Of a stretch of DNA of 64,000 bases, positions 27,501 through 40,270 are shown one piece after another (the first letter of the stretch is position 1; each line of letters starts with the position of its first letter). The notes under the pieces are model-generated. The model did not search any database. It had not been told where the DNA came from and saw only the letters and a program-made list of their open reading frames with translations. The DNA is from Daphnia carinata. Its lineage: Eukaryota. The DNA is taken from contig NC_081334.1 of the NCBI RefSeq assembly GCF_022539665.2, positions 992,001 through 1,056,000 of the forward strand, read 5' to 3'. The position numbers were made by a program, and so were the translations under genes.

Positions 27501-30500
27501 CGACTATGATATAGTGAAGACGGCCACCCAGTTTGTCGTCCTGTCAATATTTTTTCTTCAACCCAAAAGAAAAATAAATTGATGTATTTTTCTTTTTTTT
27601 TTTTCCTTTCCCTTTCTTTTCCTTACTCGTCCCGTTCCCGAATGCACGAACGTTATAGGGAAATGGTGGCCGCAACTGTCTATAGACACAAAGAAGAAGA
27701 ACGATGGTGCCTAACCGTGTTCGGTGGCGGTATGAAACGTGGGGTATTGACCTTTATTCTTTTTTATTTCTATTTAAACGTTCCACCACCCAACTGGGCA
27801 TGGATAAAGCTATTTGCCAATTTAACGAGCAAGCTTCCGGGACGCATCTATCAAGATCGGTGACACGGCCCAAGGTGGCCGCGTTCATCCATCATTTTTT
27901 TTTTTTGTCTTCCGCTGTTGTTCCACATAACAACCAGCCGTCGTCCTCAGCGATTCATCCGTTTGAAAATCAACGTATTTTTGGGCCCAAACGGCTCTGA
28001 ACTTACTTCATTGTCAACAATGACGAATGGTAAAAAATCAGTGGCAGTGAATTGCGATCCCCCCTTCACCAAACATGATTGCAATCCGTCAACTGAGGGA
28101 ATAGACCCATCCCAATCTGCCATTTTCTATCCCAACTTGTTATTCGTTGGCTTGCAAGTTACGTAGCCTAGTTCCACTGTCTCTCATCTATCAGCCTGCG
28201 AGGCTGCAACGAGCCAATCGGTCCCGAAAAGAAGATGACGTCAACACCCCTCCGCCAGGCCCAGCGGGGTGTCTATGACAACATTGTGCGGTTTCACAAC
28301 CATCACCGAGAAATAACAGCCAACGCTTCACGAAAATAGGACGGACACAGAGAAAGTTAGTAGAAATCTTCTTCTAAACGCTGCTTTGTTTTTTTTAGTT
28401 TATTTTCGTTGTCCGTGACTGCGTTCATTAACAGCACGCATTTTAGCGTTAACTGTTTGAATGCATCTCAAACAAAAAAGGGAGTGATGCAAACTTCAAT
28501 GGGGGCTCGATCATTCTTAAAAGAAAAGAAAAAGCCGAATGACGAAAGGACAGATTCTTACGTGTTTGAATGCACGTCGTTTCTTATTATATTTGACTTT
28601 TCGATTTGTTCTAGATGGCATACAAGGTTAGACAGCCAAAGAAAGTCCCCTGGCGGTGATTCGAATGGGGCGCGGTCCCAACGTAACGTAAGGATGAAAT
28701 TCAACTCTACCCTGAAAAGGTTAGACAAGGTAAACAGGATTTGCGTCTCGCATATTTAAGGCGATGACCCTATTGTTATAAAACCGCAACACGAGATTCG
28801 AAGTCTAACGTCTGCGGGGCTTTGGGGACTCCCGGGCTTAAGATGACAGGTGGATCCAGGTGGACGACGGGCAGCTGGCTTTCGCATTACGCAACAATGA
28901 AGACGTCATCCATTTGTATTAAATAACACAGGTTTTTATTTTATCTATCGTTTTGAATTCTCTCCGCCCTTTATCTGCGCAAATGGTTAGTGCAATTTCG
29001 GCAACTACCATCTGTCGCATGAATGCCTCAAGACATCACCTTTTCTTAAAGGGGTTTTCCTCCCTGACATAAGGACGTACAGCAAAAAAAAGGAGAAAAA
29101 AAAAGCTATATGCTAATAACGGAGTAATCTCATTTGAATGTTTTAGTATTCATATCGGCACGTACGGGTTAATGAATAATTGAATATCTATACAAATCCA
29201 AATTGGAGATGCAAACGGCATCAGGTTTCTATAAGCTCATGTAGGGAAACTACGCTCTATTTATTATTCAACTCGTTTATTTCTTTCCCCCTTCTCTTGA
29301 CGAGAGTGTTGAGATCGTTAGTCTTCGGCCGGTTTGAACGATTTTGCGCAGCCGTTGTGCTCATGTGCACATACCAAAAATGACACACAAAAAGCAGGAC
29401 CAAGCCTTTTGGCCTTGGCAATCTATACACAAACAGGATATAGATTATATAAATACACCATGCATATGTAAAAATGTATAAATATATGCAAAACAACAGC
29501 GAAGAAGAAAAAAAACAAAAAAAAAACAATGATTTAAAGAGAAGACCGGGGCGGAGAGGGATCGATAAAAATACTGGCCCCGTCGAAAAGACAAAGCCTT
29601 TGCCAAAGAAGAGGAATTACATCATCATCGTAAAGAAGTCTGAACATTTTTTTTTCTTTTGTGAGATGGCGTTTTCATTTCTTTTTTTTTTTTCAAATGT
29701 AAGAGCTCAGGAATGCTGAGGTTGTTATTGCAATTGTTGACTGGAGGCTTACACATTCCCAGGCGCAGCGCTAACAAGCATGATGTATTATCATCAGTCA
29801 GGGCGTCCACGATGATTGCTCTTTACGATCCACCCCCCTGTCTGTCTCTCAATATACTTTCATTCTCTCTCTCTCGCAATCTGTAAATTATCTAGTTCGA
29901 ATCGTGTGACACCTTCCCAAACGTCTTCTTCTTGTGATGGGCGGCGCTGGTGCCCGACGGAGAAGCAAGTGCGGATGTTTCCAGCAGTTGCACAGCATCA
30001 AATCGCACACACGCAGGATGCCGTAGCGCAAGAATGTTACATGCATCGCATATACTTCTTAAAGTGGGCCATCTTTAACATCAAGTCACGTGCTCGTTCG
30101 GCGGTGTACTGGGTAACATCACGGCGGCCGTGATTCTCCTGTCCGCATACTCAATGAGGCAAGAGACACATTTATTTTCAGAACGCGGAACTCCATCAAG
30201 TTGGGACGAAGAAAAAAGACTCAGGATATTTTATTTTATTTTATTTTTCTTTTCTTTTCTTTTCCGAACGATCGGTTTATATGCACGACTTATTTCGGCG
30301 CCATATCCCTCCTCAAGCTCCTGACAGACGCCCGCTATTCAAGTCGCCCAGGCGACGTGCTCGAGTTAACCAATTTTTGCTTTTTGATTTTTCGCTAAGC
30401 AAAAAAAAAAAAAGAGGGAGGTTTTACTTACGTGCCGTGTTATTTATTCTAGCAATCCATCATAATGATTTCGACGCCAATCGTACGCATCGATCAAATC

Positions 30501-32519
30501 TTTTCGTTCTCACGCCAATAACGGCCATTTCATATTCATGGCATTGGCATTGCCGCAGGTATTTTTTCTCTGTTTTATGCAAATGAGTTTAGGGAAAACG
30601 AGCGAAGTGATCGAATCAATAGTGACACTTTGTGAGAAACGGAGTAATCGACTGTGTTGCAATCAGCTCGTTTGATTCAACATTTATAGGCAAAATTAAG
30701 TTAACGGTATACATAAGCAAAGAAAATGGCAGCGCAGTTGTTTTGCCACGGCGCTTCCTATCACCAACCGATAGAATAACAAACAGATGACCGGGTAAAA
30801 AAGAAAAAGAATACGATTGCCAATGCTTTTGTTTTTACACTCGGCTGTCTCACGGTTTTACGTTGATAAGGCACGAAAAAACACAAGACACCAGGGGACC
30901 GAGTAGTAGTGATAAAGAAACTAAAGACAAAACTTGGCATTAGCAATTCTAATGAGTGACGAAGTATTTTCGTTGCGCTTCACTTAACAGAAGACGTGTT
31001 GTTGATTTCAATCCGCTATACGGAAAAAACACGGCGCAAAAACGCGCTGACCGATCATGCAAAATATGCTGTTCGGTTATAGTGTGCTCTATACGAATGA
31101 TCGAATTCCAACCGGGGACTAACCGATTTTGTTTTGTTTTTTTGCAATAGCCTTTCACGCTTTACCATTTGGGGTTGTGTCCGTCTGCCAAAATTCGTTG
31201 ATTTTGGAGGCACACAGACGATGTTTGTTTTGCATATGCCCAACTGTTGATGCACGACGCGGACAAGGTTTCCTTTTTTTCCACGATTGATTGGGATTGC
31301 CTATATTGAATAGTCAAAGTTCCAACCGCGTCCATTCGTGTAGGCCATTTGACTCCACGGCGGGGAATGGAAAAATGTCTGCAAACCAGCAGATGGAAAG
31401 CGTGCAAGGAGAAGCCTACCTACCTTTCAGATGGAGAGAAGATTTCCAAGCGACGATAGGAGAAGATTCGTTGGACGAAGCCGAGCGAGACAAGTAATCA
31501 ACGATGGTCCACTGGCAGCCGTGTGTTATCAGCGTTGAAACAACGCTGGCGCTCAATACCGCCCATCCCCAACCGCCTTCCAAGTAATAATGACACCTAA
31601 ACCGGTAAGACGTGTCACTTTTGAAAAGAAAAACACTTTACGTGTTCGATGATAAGAAGGGTTTAAAAAAAATACATACCAGAGAGTCAAAGCAGCTCGC
31701 GTGACCATGGCCGATGCATTTCGATTTGCGATGGAAGCAATTAGCGGCAACAGTTTATCATCCGTATTACCTACATTAAGTGCCAAACAAAACAAAAAAA
31801 GGACAGTCATAACTTTTCCCTGGAGCCGAATGTTCGTGATAAAATGTCGCAACTCTGTAATCTTTCAAACGCGTCAACCATATAAAGTTGAGCTCTCGCC
31901 CGCGCTTTATTGGTATATATGACAAAAACTCCTTTGAAAAATTCACGTAAACGTTTGCGCATTTCTTTCTGCACTTTAAAAACACGTAATGCGGTATGAG
32001 GGTCTTTCTCGTGTCACAATTAATGCCTCGTTAATTATCTGGGTATTTTCTATTGTCGAATAGCTATATGTGGGTTATTTTTTTTATTTTGGTGTTGTAT
32101 TGATCCATGACAGACATTCGAATAAATTGTTATTTAAATTTTTTTTTTTTTTTTTTTTTGCTGTCGAGCAAAAACACATTCAGCAAACGTGTGCCCTGCT
32201 GCCACGTGTATGTTTTTGAATAGCAATTTATTTCTTTTCCCACGAAGTGATCTCGGTTTCATAATGTATTCAACGGCTCTTGCCAGTGTATGTACATGCC
32301 AAATCCGAGGATTCCAGCTGGCGACGCCGAAAAAGAAGAAAGTTGACATACGACAACGGAAGAATATAAGAAAATGCTCACTCGTGTGATGTATACTGCA
32401 CGTCATAATGCTCTTCAAAAATAATATTAGTGAGAAGAAGTGGCGTTGGGGCAGAAGTACGATGTGACCTTTATCGCAGAAAAAGTAGTAGCTTATTACT
32501 AACTTGGTAAATTAATAAT

Positions 32520-33690
32520 TAAACAACCACAGAATCGAAATCAGCGTTAAATTTTGAATACAGAGTGTGATTTTCATCGAATTCGGAGAGATGTCGTTTT
32601 TTGCCGATTTTGACAAAAGTGGGAAAGCTTTCCACTTTTTCATTTTTGGCTAAATTTTAAATTTCGCTTAAATTATATGATTTTGATTCAGAATTGAATG
32701 CTTATCATGGAAAGAAGATTTTTTTTTTCAATTGGCCTTATGGTTTTTTAATTAAACGTAAAAAATGACAAAATAAGAAAAGTCGGGCTTATTTAGTCGG
32801 GCTTAAAAATTTGCTCTGCAAAAACCGGCACTCATCGGAATTGGTTGAATATCACACAGTATACTCAAAATTGAATGCTGATTCCGATAAAATTGTTATT
32901 TTTTTCATTAAGTCAATCATTTTGGAAATCCACTGAAATATTTCTACAGCATACTAGCGCTGTAGCATACTGGCGCGCTAGCATTGTGTCAAATATTCGG
33001 CGTATTTAAAAAAAATTTACTTAATAAAAAGTTTCGGTTTTTGCAGAAAATTCATTTTCCTTGGTTATTTTTTAATCAGAATCAGATATACTTATCTAGA
33101 TTTAATGATATTATTTTTTAATAGGAAAGATTTTTAAGCCCGAAAGATAAAGTCGGGCTTATTTTTTAAACAAAACGTCACCGCTTTTTATGTTTTATTC
33201 AAAAACTATGAGTTCCACGAGAAAACAACCCTCATATTCGTGATGCCCGTTCATTTCTTTGTCGAAAACCTTTATTTAAAGCGAAGTCTAAAATTTTCTC
33301 AAATTTGAAAAAGTGAGAAGGCTATAGCCTTCCCATTTTTGTCAAAATCTCAAAAAATCTAAATCTCTTGGAATGCAATGAAAATCACACAGTATAACCC
33401 AGTTTTAACGCTGATTCAGGAAAAGCCACTCGTGTTCTTGTCAAGTTAGCCGTTTTCGAATTACACCGAATATTCGTGCAAAAAATAAGAAAAGTCGGGC
33501 TTATTAGTCGGGCTTAAATTTTTTTATGCAAAAACCGGCACTCATCGGAATCGGATGAATATCACAGGATATATTCCAAATTGAATACTGATTCCGCGAA
33601 CATTGGTATTTTTTTCATTAAGTTAATCGTTTTTAAAAACACCGAATATTTGACACAATGCTAGCGCGCCAGTACTCTACAGCGCTAGTG
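32520..33690. mobile_element. Non-autonomous foldback/MITE-like DNA transposon cluster (GTCGGGCTTA family)
   Basis: ~50-bp inverted repeats ACTAGCGCTGTAG..GCGCGCTAGCATTGTGTCAAATATTCGG (32953-33000) and CCGAATATTTGACACAATGCTAGCGCG..CTACAGCGCTAGT (33642-33689). The internal module CTCATCGGAAT..GAATATCACA..AATTGAAT.CTGATTCCG is repeated. 32620-32940 is homologous to 44700-45020. No ORF, and no TSD could be identified. Confidence 0.75.
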
Positions 33691-33825
33691 TGACACATCA
33701 AACATCTTCGAACTATACATGACTTATATTAAAAATTTAACGAGAATCCCGAAAATCGACTTTGTTTTGGCTTGGAATTTTTGGATTTCGAGTAATCTAA
33801 AATATAAAAGTAGTTGCGGTAGAAA

Positions 33826-34152
33826 TTTTAAGCCCGTCAAAATAAGCCCGACAAAATAAGCCCGACTTGTGCTAATTATGATGATGATTGTTATGATTGC
33901 CGTGTACAACGTGTTATTTATATTAAATTCCAAGTGATGAATTTTTTTTGTATCAACAAATTTTAAGCCCAACAAAATAAGCCCGACAAAATGATGATGA
34001 TGATTGTTGTGATTGCCGAGTACAACGTATTATTTATATCAAATTCCAAGAGATGAATTTTTTTTTGTATCAACAAATTTTAAGCCCGACAAAATAAGCC
34101 CGACAAAATAAGCCCGACTTTTGCTCTCTATGATGATTGTTATGATTGCCGG
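33826..34152. repeat. Tandem array of ~120-135-bp units, each with 14-bp TAAGCCCGACAAAA subrepeats
   Basis: Units start near 33826, 33961 and 34078. The subrepeat is the reverse complement of the GTCGGGCTTA motif in the adjacent element. Confidence 0.85.
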
Positions 34153-35424
34153 AACCCGAATGCGATATAAGTAAATGCAGAGTTATTGGAAAGACGGTAA
34201 AACATGTTGCTGTTATTTCCAGTAGTCCACTTTTCTTGAAATGAATTATATTCATGCAATCTCATCTTTCAAAACAACTGGTTTGAACGATACCTATACT
34301 TGACAGGAACAACGTATTGCGTCTGGTATTATGGGTGATGTATTGTTGCTTGAGATGGCCGGCCTGTTGGTCCATCGTGTGATTGCTAAATCGTTGTTCG
34401 GTTAGTAACACTGGAACACCTACTAATACAGCAACTAAATTCACACGAAGATATTTGCTTGATGTCTGTATGATGATGCACCCTTAGGAGCCGGGAAGAT
34501 CAGCTTAGTATACCGGCGATTCGTGTGAACTTCAGACAAGAACTGGAACAAGGACGATGCAAGATGCAAACTTTAGACCATTTTCATTTCGAGGGAGGAG
34601 CACGGCGCTAATGATGAACGAAATATAAGTTCGTTGTAGTACCTGTTAGTTGATAAAGTGGTAATCTTTCAAAATAGGTTGAGATTTTAATGGGTGCCAC
34701 TCTTTGCATAGGCGTTAGCCCCAGCGTCTAGAGTAAGAACTGCTAGGAACGACAGCGAAGATCACCGACTTTTCGAGATCCATTACGGACGATGATTGAT
34801 GAACGAATATCTGGTACCACATTTTATTTGTGTGTGGTATGGGATACACTACAGCTAAAATTTCGTTTTACTGCCTCGGATTCGATGTTTGAACGATCGA
34901 TGAGGTAACTTTACAGGCATGGATTAATGGTCGATACATGATTATTATTCAATGAGAAGTATGGCCAGTCGTATACTCTTATTGGGCTATACCCACACAT
35001 TGTTTGTTCAGACAGGAATGTATTTCACTTTCCATTTCACTCCGAAAAAAAATCATGTAAGCAGAGTGAACTGGATTAAAAACAAAACAAAAAGCAAACA
35101 AATTACCCTTGCAAATTGTCTGAAGATCTCAAAAGAAATAACTACTATATTTATGCAACTGCACGAATGTTAAAATTGAAACGTACTGTACCATCACCAC
35201 TATCGTACACGGAAAGTAACAGGACTACGAAATACAGCTCTACGTCAAATAATATCTATATCGAGTTATATCCAATAAGGACAGTTTTCTATATGATTTC
35301 CATGCCGACTACGATAGTTGTGACTTAGACAGGATTGGTTATGGCTATTGGTCCTTTATAGTCTTTTCAGAGTCACCACACCATATGTGCACTAGAAAAC
35401 AGGGCGAGCGTGGCCCTCATTTTT

Positions 35425-36798
35425 TCATGACAAACGTATAGCTTGAAAGGTCTGAGGTGGATTCTCAATGTCTTTTTTACTCTGAATTAACTGGAGTTCC
35501 AATAATTTGGCACCGTAGGTTTTTCCCAGTTTCACCTGCGCGTCGGCATAAGCTGACGTCCTACGTAACACTTCTTGCAAACTGCCGAGGCTATTGGCCA
35601 TGGCTATGGATAAATCGCCATTACTTATATGTAACCAGGCCAGAAGCAACGCCTATAATGTATACACCGTTATTCATGGAATCGTGATGAAGGAGCGTAA
35701 ACGGAAAGGAAGATGTACTTACACTAAATAAATCTCCAGTTCCAGTGAAAAGGTGAGGTATACGGGGTATGTCGAGCTTCCACACTTCCATGGAATCCGA
35801 TCGCTCTAAGAAAACAAGTAACGGTGAAAAATTACGTTAAACTGAAATGCGGATAGCCCTATGATGATGTACGAAATTGACTTACTGGAGCTTCCGAATG
35901 CTGTAAGACATCCGCTGGGACCAAGTAGTGAGCTTGAAATAACCACAACTTTAACTCCCATTTTGTGCAAAATTTCCATGCACTCAATAGCATCATTTTC
36001 ATTGGTAATAGTCTTTCCAGTTAAAAGCCTAAAACATCATTTTGAAAAATGTTGGTAATATCAAAGCTATGAAACTATTTTACTTACTCAACCTCAAATT
36101 GATTTGGTGTGATGATATCGGCTAAGGGAATCAGTTTATCGCGATAAATTTCTAAAAGTTCTTGGGGAACATACATTTCGCCGTTATCACCCATGACAGG
36201 ATCACAAACTAAAAATTTCAAATTATTAGTTCCCTTAATAGGAGTTCAAGGATTTCTTATCAAACAAGAGTGTGTACCATATACAAGCTTAGGATTTTTT
36301 TCCTTAAGCTGTCTGACAGTTTCATAAACTTGCTCTAAGAATGAAGCAGAACCAACATAGCCTGTCAGCAAATGGCTGAAATTATCTAAATCATTGATCT
36401 GCAACCCAGACATCAATTCAGCTATCAATGTAAAAAATGTTAAGTAAATAAAAATTCTACATGAGTGTATAAGTATACCTAATTCTTCTGCATTCAGTAC
36501 TTGTCCTTTCCACATTCCATAGCCAGTGTGGTTGGAAAACTCCACTGAATTAATAGAATGAACTTCAAAGCCGAGGACCTGAATGAAGAGTTTGGGATGT
36601 TGCTCAGCGTTAGAAATTTGTGTTAATTTGAGATGTATTCATGGTTACATAGCATTTCACTAAATTTGCTAATACCATACAACTTAATTGAAGTTTACTT
36701 ACATTTAGTGGAAAGACAGCACTTTTGTTACCTACATATCCTGAAACTACGTGACTTTGTATCGATAAGACTTGCGGAGATGATTCGGGCAAGGCCAT
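35425..36798 (-). CDS. Pdxk: Pyridoxal kinase, intact, 7 exons
   Basis: Exons 36798-36703, 36578-36479, 36421-36278, 36208-36088, 36028-35886, 35805-35723 and 35652-35425, all GT-AG and in frame. Motifs [69 protein letters not shown]. Confidence 0.97.
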
Positions 36799-37066
36799 CT
36801 TGGAACAATAGCGAGTAGAAATGAGGTTTTACGTGATGGTTTTGGTTGTGTAATATGGGTTAAAGATAAAAACACCAACGCGAACAACCTATAAAACAAT
36901 TCTTGACATTGACGTGTGAAAATTCAGAATTACCATCGTCTGCTATTGAATTGTATTCATTAATTCCCACTAGATGGTGTTAGGCAACCGCGTCTGCCAC
37001 TCCTATGTCGATGTGATTGCAGTAATTCTCAAACTGATTTATTTCAGCCTGTGAAGTTCAGGAATA
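36799..37066. promoter_or_regulatory. Bidirectional promoter between Pdxk and the Cys-rich ORF
   Basis: 268 bp between divergent ATGs. Contains CCACTAGATGG (36967-36977), resembling a CTCF core. Duplicated almost identically at 43448-43715. Confidence 0.6.
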
Positions 37067-37270
37067 ATGATGGCAGACGAGGCAAGCAAACAAGATCTAG
37101 TAACTACAAGTGAACCTCTGCCGATTAACGGCGTCACTTTTGAACCTTCTCCTGAACAGGAAACCACCTGTGGATATTTTCAATGGATGGGAATCTGCTA
37201 TGGACTGTGTAGCTGTTTAGAACTGTGCTTAAGCTGTAGCAGTTGCTGTGCAAGTTGTAGCTCTGCTTAG
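37067..37270 (+). CDS. 67-aa small protein with acidic N-terminus and Cys-rich hydrophobic C-terminus (CYSTM-like), copy 1
   Basis: MMADEASKQ..TCGYFQWMGICYGLCSCLELCLSCSSCCASCSSA. The ORF is kept in both duplicates and is followed by a GTAAGT donor (37307) and AATAAA. Confidence 0.65.
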   Translation: MMADEASKQDLVTTSEPLPINGVTFEPSPEQETTCGYFQWMGICYGLCSCLELCLSCSSCCASCSSA

Positions 37271-37800
37271 TTCACAGAAAAGGATCGTTTTATTTATTGC
37301 ACAACCGTAAGTACTCTTCAGGAGTGGTAAGCAAATTTATTTTTCATATCGAATGGTTTGTAATGACCTTCTATTATTGCTTTCTGGATATTATACAACC
37401 TTCGGCCATGAAAACAAGTGTGAATTTGAAGAGGCATTTTTTTAAAGATGAAATGTATTTTATCTTGTAAAGAAATAAACAGTTGAAATATTCATGATTG
37501 TTCCCTTTTTCTTTTTTTGCGCATCGCTTCGCACAAAAGCAATGAATCGAATCGAACGCCTTCTGTTTTGAATCCGGTCGTTTCAACGGTTCTTAAGAGG
37601 ACTGTGGCATTTTCATTTGCGTTTACCTCTTTAAAATTCTTATGAAAATAAATATAATGTCCATTATTAGCTACGTCACTATTATTTCACAACAGGATAT
37701 GTTTTCAAAGTCCGTTTTCCTCTAGAAATAAGGGGAAAGGAGTGAAATCGAGCACGCTAGCTAGTTCGACAAAAAATTCAAATTCATTAATCGTCATTTA

Positions 37801-38000
37801 AGGGTAAAGTCGGGCTTATTTCTTTTGTCGGGCTTATTTTTTAAACCAAAGTTCATCGTTTCTTACGCTTTATTCAAAATCTATGAGTTCCACGAGAAAA
37901 CAACGCTCATATTCGTGATGCCCGTTCATTTCTGATCGAAACCGTGTATTTAAAGCAAAATCAAAAATTTTGCCAAAATTGAAAAAGTAAGAAGGCCAAA
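37801..38000 (+). mobile_element. Fragment of the GTCGGGCTTA foldback/MITE family (left flank of palindrome)
   Basis: Aligns by eye to 33145-33322 (CTATGAGTTCCACGAGAAAACAAC.CTCATATTCGTGATGCCCGTTCATTTCT). Confidence 0.85.
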
Positions 38001-38243
38001 AATTATGGCAATCCGTTTTATATGGCAATCCGTTTTACATAAAAAAAAAAAAATGTCGGGAAAAAAAAAAAAAATCGCACTTTTTTCTTTTTTTCCGACA
38101 CGTAGCCATCTACCGCTCAGACTCGTTATTACTGGCGTAGGCAATTTCAGTCCATTGGATGCCATTCGCAGTTAGTTCAGTAGCGTGGATGGAGAGTAAC
38201 GCGTGGATGGAGAGTAACGCGTGGCTGGAGGAACAAATGAAAA

Positions 38244-39140
38244 ATGGATAAGATAGTACAACAAAAGGATGGTAAGTATAAAGATTATTATATTGGTTTT
38301 CAATTATTAATTATTTTTTATTAGATCAAATTATGAAGCTGCAGGCCCAATTATTGGAACAACACAAAATATTAGATAACAGCAAAGCTAAGGATGATAA
38401 GGCCTAATACGTAATGATTCTATTTATTTGCTTTTATTCATTTTTGTTTTGTAGCTCAAATTTTGAGTCTACAAGCTCAGCTAGGGGAAAAGAACAAATT
38501 GGAATGGAACAGTTTCCAAACAGTGAGGGAGGTTTTTCCAAACTCATCCCTAACTGAACATGAGGATGAATTGGCATTAGGCGAATACAGTCAGGTACCT
38601 AAACTTTTCAAATAAGAATTCAAAATAAGTATAGAATTTTAACAAACCATTATTTATTGTTTAGTTATTCAGTCTACCACCTGACAGTGTGTTAAAGTTA
38701 AATTCTGTTAGTGCTGCACTAAAAGAATTGTTAGTAATAAGTCCATGCAGTGAAGGAAGTGAACAATTGTGGGACCGTATTTGGGCTGAAAATGGGTGTG
38801 GTACGGAAACCCAGAAATAGCACGAGTTCAACATAAAACATGAATTAGGTACTTTTCGGTTTTTTGTCTATCGAAAAAGTATTTTTAATGCTATTATTTT
38901 GCATTCACAGAATTTTAGCGGGGATCAAGTCAAGTCTGGAAGTGTTACAGGATGGAAGAGTGAGCCTACAGTTGAAAAACACTGAAAGTGCATTACCATT
39001 AAGGTATGAGCTGCTTCTCTTGCTAAAGAACAACTTGTCCTTTACGTTCAGAGTGTTGGTGAAGCTGGGTACTTAAATGGCCCTAAAGATGTTTCATTTC
39101 ATTGGCATTGCAGCGATGAACATCATACATGGACTCTTTA
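38244..39140 (+). pseudogene. Decayed multi-exon gene of unknown family in the left arm (mirrored on - strand in the right arm)
   Basis: Phase-compatible exons 38244-38271, 38325-38396, 38455-38594, 38665-38848 and 38919-39003 give MDKIVQQKDDQIMKLQAQLLEQHK..AQILSLQAQLGEKNKLEW..LWDRIWAENGCG... There is an in-frame TAG at 38818-38820 in both arms. Confidence 0.65.
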
Positions 39141-40270
39141 GGTATGAAAGGAATTTTCTTGGAAATTTTTTGAATTTATGACAAAGCATTGCTCCTGCTT
39201 TTTGCCAACCATGTCTAATCTAAAAAAAAAATTATCCAATAGGAAAGGATTTTCAGCATACTGGGAACACAACTATCAACAATGCAACATTCTAGGGGTG
39301 CTATTTTATCATTCAAGAGCCTTATACAATGATTTTCATCTGCAATTTGTATGGCCTTTCCCAAGCTTCTGCCAGAAGTTGAATTTATAAGTCATGTAAG
39401 TCGCATGAGCAACAATTGAGATGCTTAATGGTGTTGTTTTTCTTTTCTCAGCATAGGTTAAAAGTAACATTGGATCTGAAAAGATTCTTGGTTGGGGCAA
39501 GACACTGAATAAATTGTAATGATTGAATGGATGACATGACATTTCTATACTTAATTTGGATTCCCGAGACGGTATTTTATATTTCAAAAATTGAAGTGCA
39601 TATCTGGGCTCCCTTCCTTTCCGTAGCCCCGTTTCCCCTTGACTCGTAATAAGCCCGTAGGGGGTCATGCCCCTACTGTACGGTATATATAAAAATAACA
39701 TATACCGAGGTTTGGAGGGCTCTGGCCGGAAAGGGGACGTGGGGATCCGCTTAGTCCGATGATGTGTTCACGGAGGGCTACGTGGCTACACACAAATCCG
39801 AACTAAAGGTTAATCGCTCCTGTAAAAATGTTCCAAATCTTCATCTCTTCTTCCGGCTTCTCTTAGCCAATCACCGGGTAATCTCCCCGGTGGGTCAACA
39901 AGGCAGTGTCTCCCCCTGCCTGGGTTGACGGCAACTTTTGAAAGGGCTATTGTGCCTTTTTAAAGTTGCAAAAATAATTGTAATGTGCAGAGAATTGTCA
40001 ATAAAATTGCTTTTATAAAGTATTTTTTGCAAAATTTGTTTCTTTCATTGTCTGTGTTAGCTGTGTTCACACATTACATTTATCAACTTTTTTTTTTCTT
40101 TGCTTTATTTGTTTTTATCACCTTTGATGGTAAGCATTGTTTCCATTGGTTTATCGTTTATCTGTAAATGTTCAGTTATTATTTATTACACTCGTTGAAT
40201 TCTCCAACTTAAATTCAAGGAACAACGTAATATCTGGATATTTTTTGAAGTAATTTTGTATTTTGTTTTA

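Noticed and set aside
30865..30875. TAAGGCACG resembling the start of miR-124
   Set aside because: The match stops after 9 nt and there is no hairpin.
18546..32418. ORFs in the long intergenic stretch
   Set aside because: Same artefact pattern; no coherent exon chain found.
33826..34152. CRISPR-like repeat-spacer appearance
   Set aside because: The spacers are homologous to each other, the context is eukaryotic and there are no cas genes.
34260..34920. Possible decayed retroelement integrase
   Set aside because: Only a vague impression; all frames are interrupted and no motif can be supported without a search.
39750..39810. Hammerhead ribozyme or SECIS in CCGATGATGTG..CACAAA
   Set aside because: The core reads CCGATGA rather than CTGATGA, has no correctly placed GAAA and lacks SECIS geometry.
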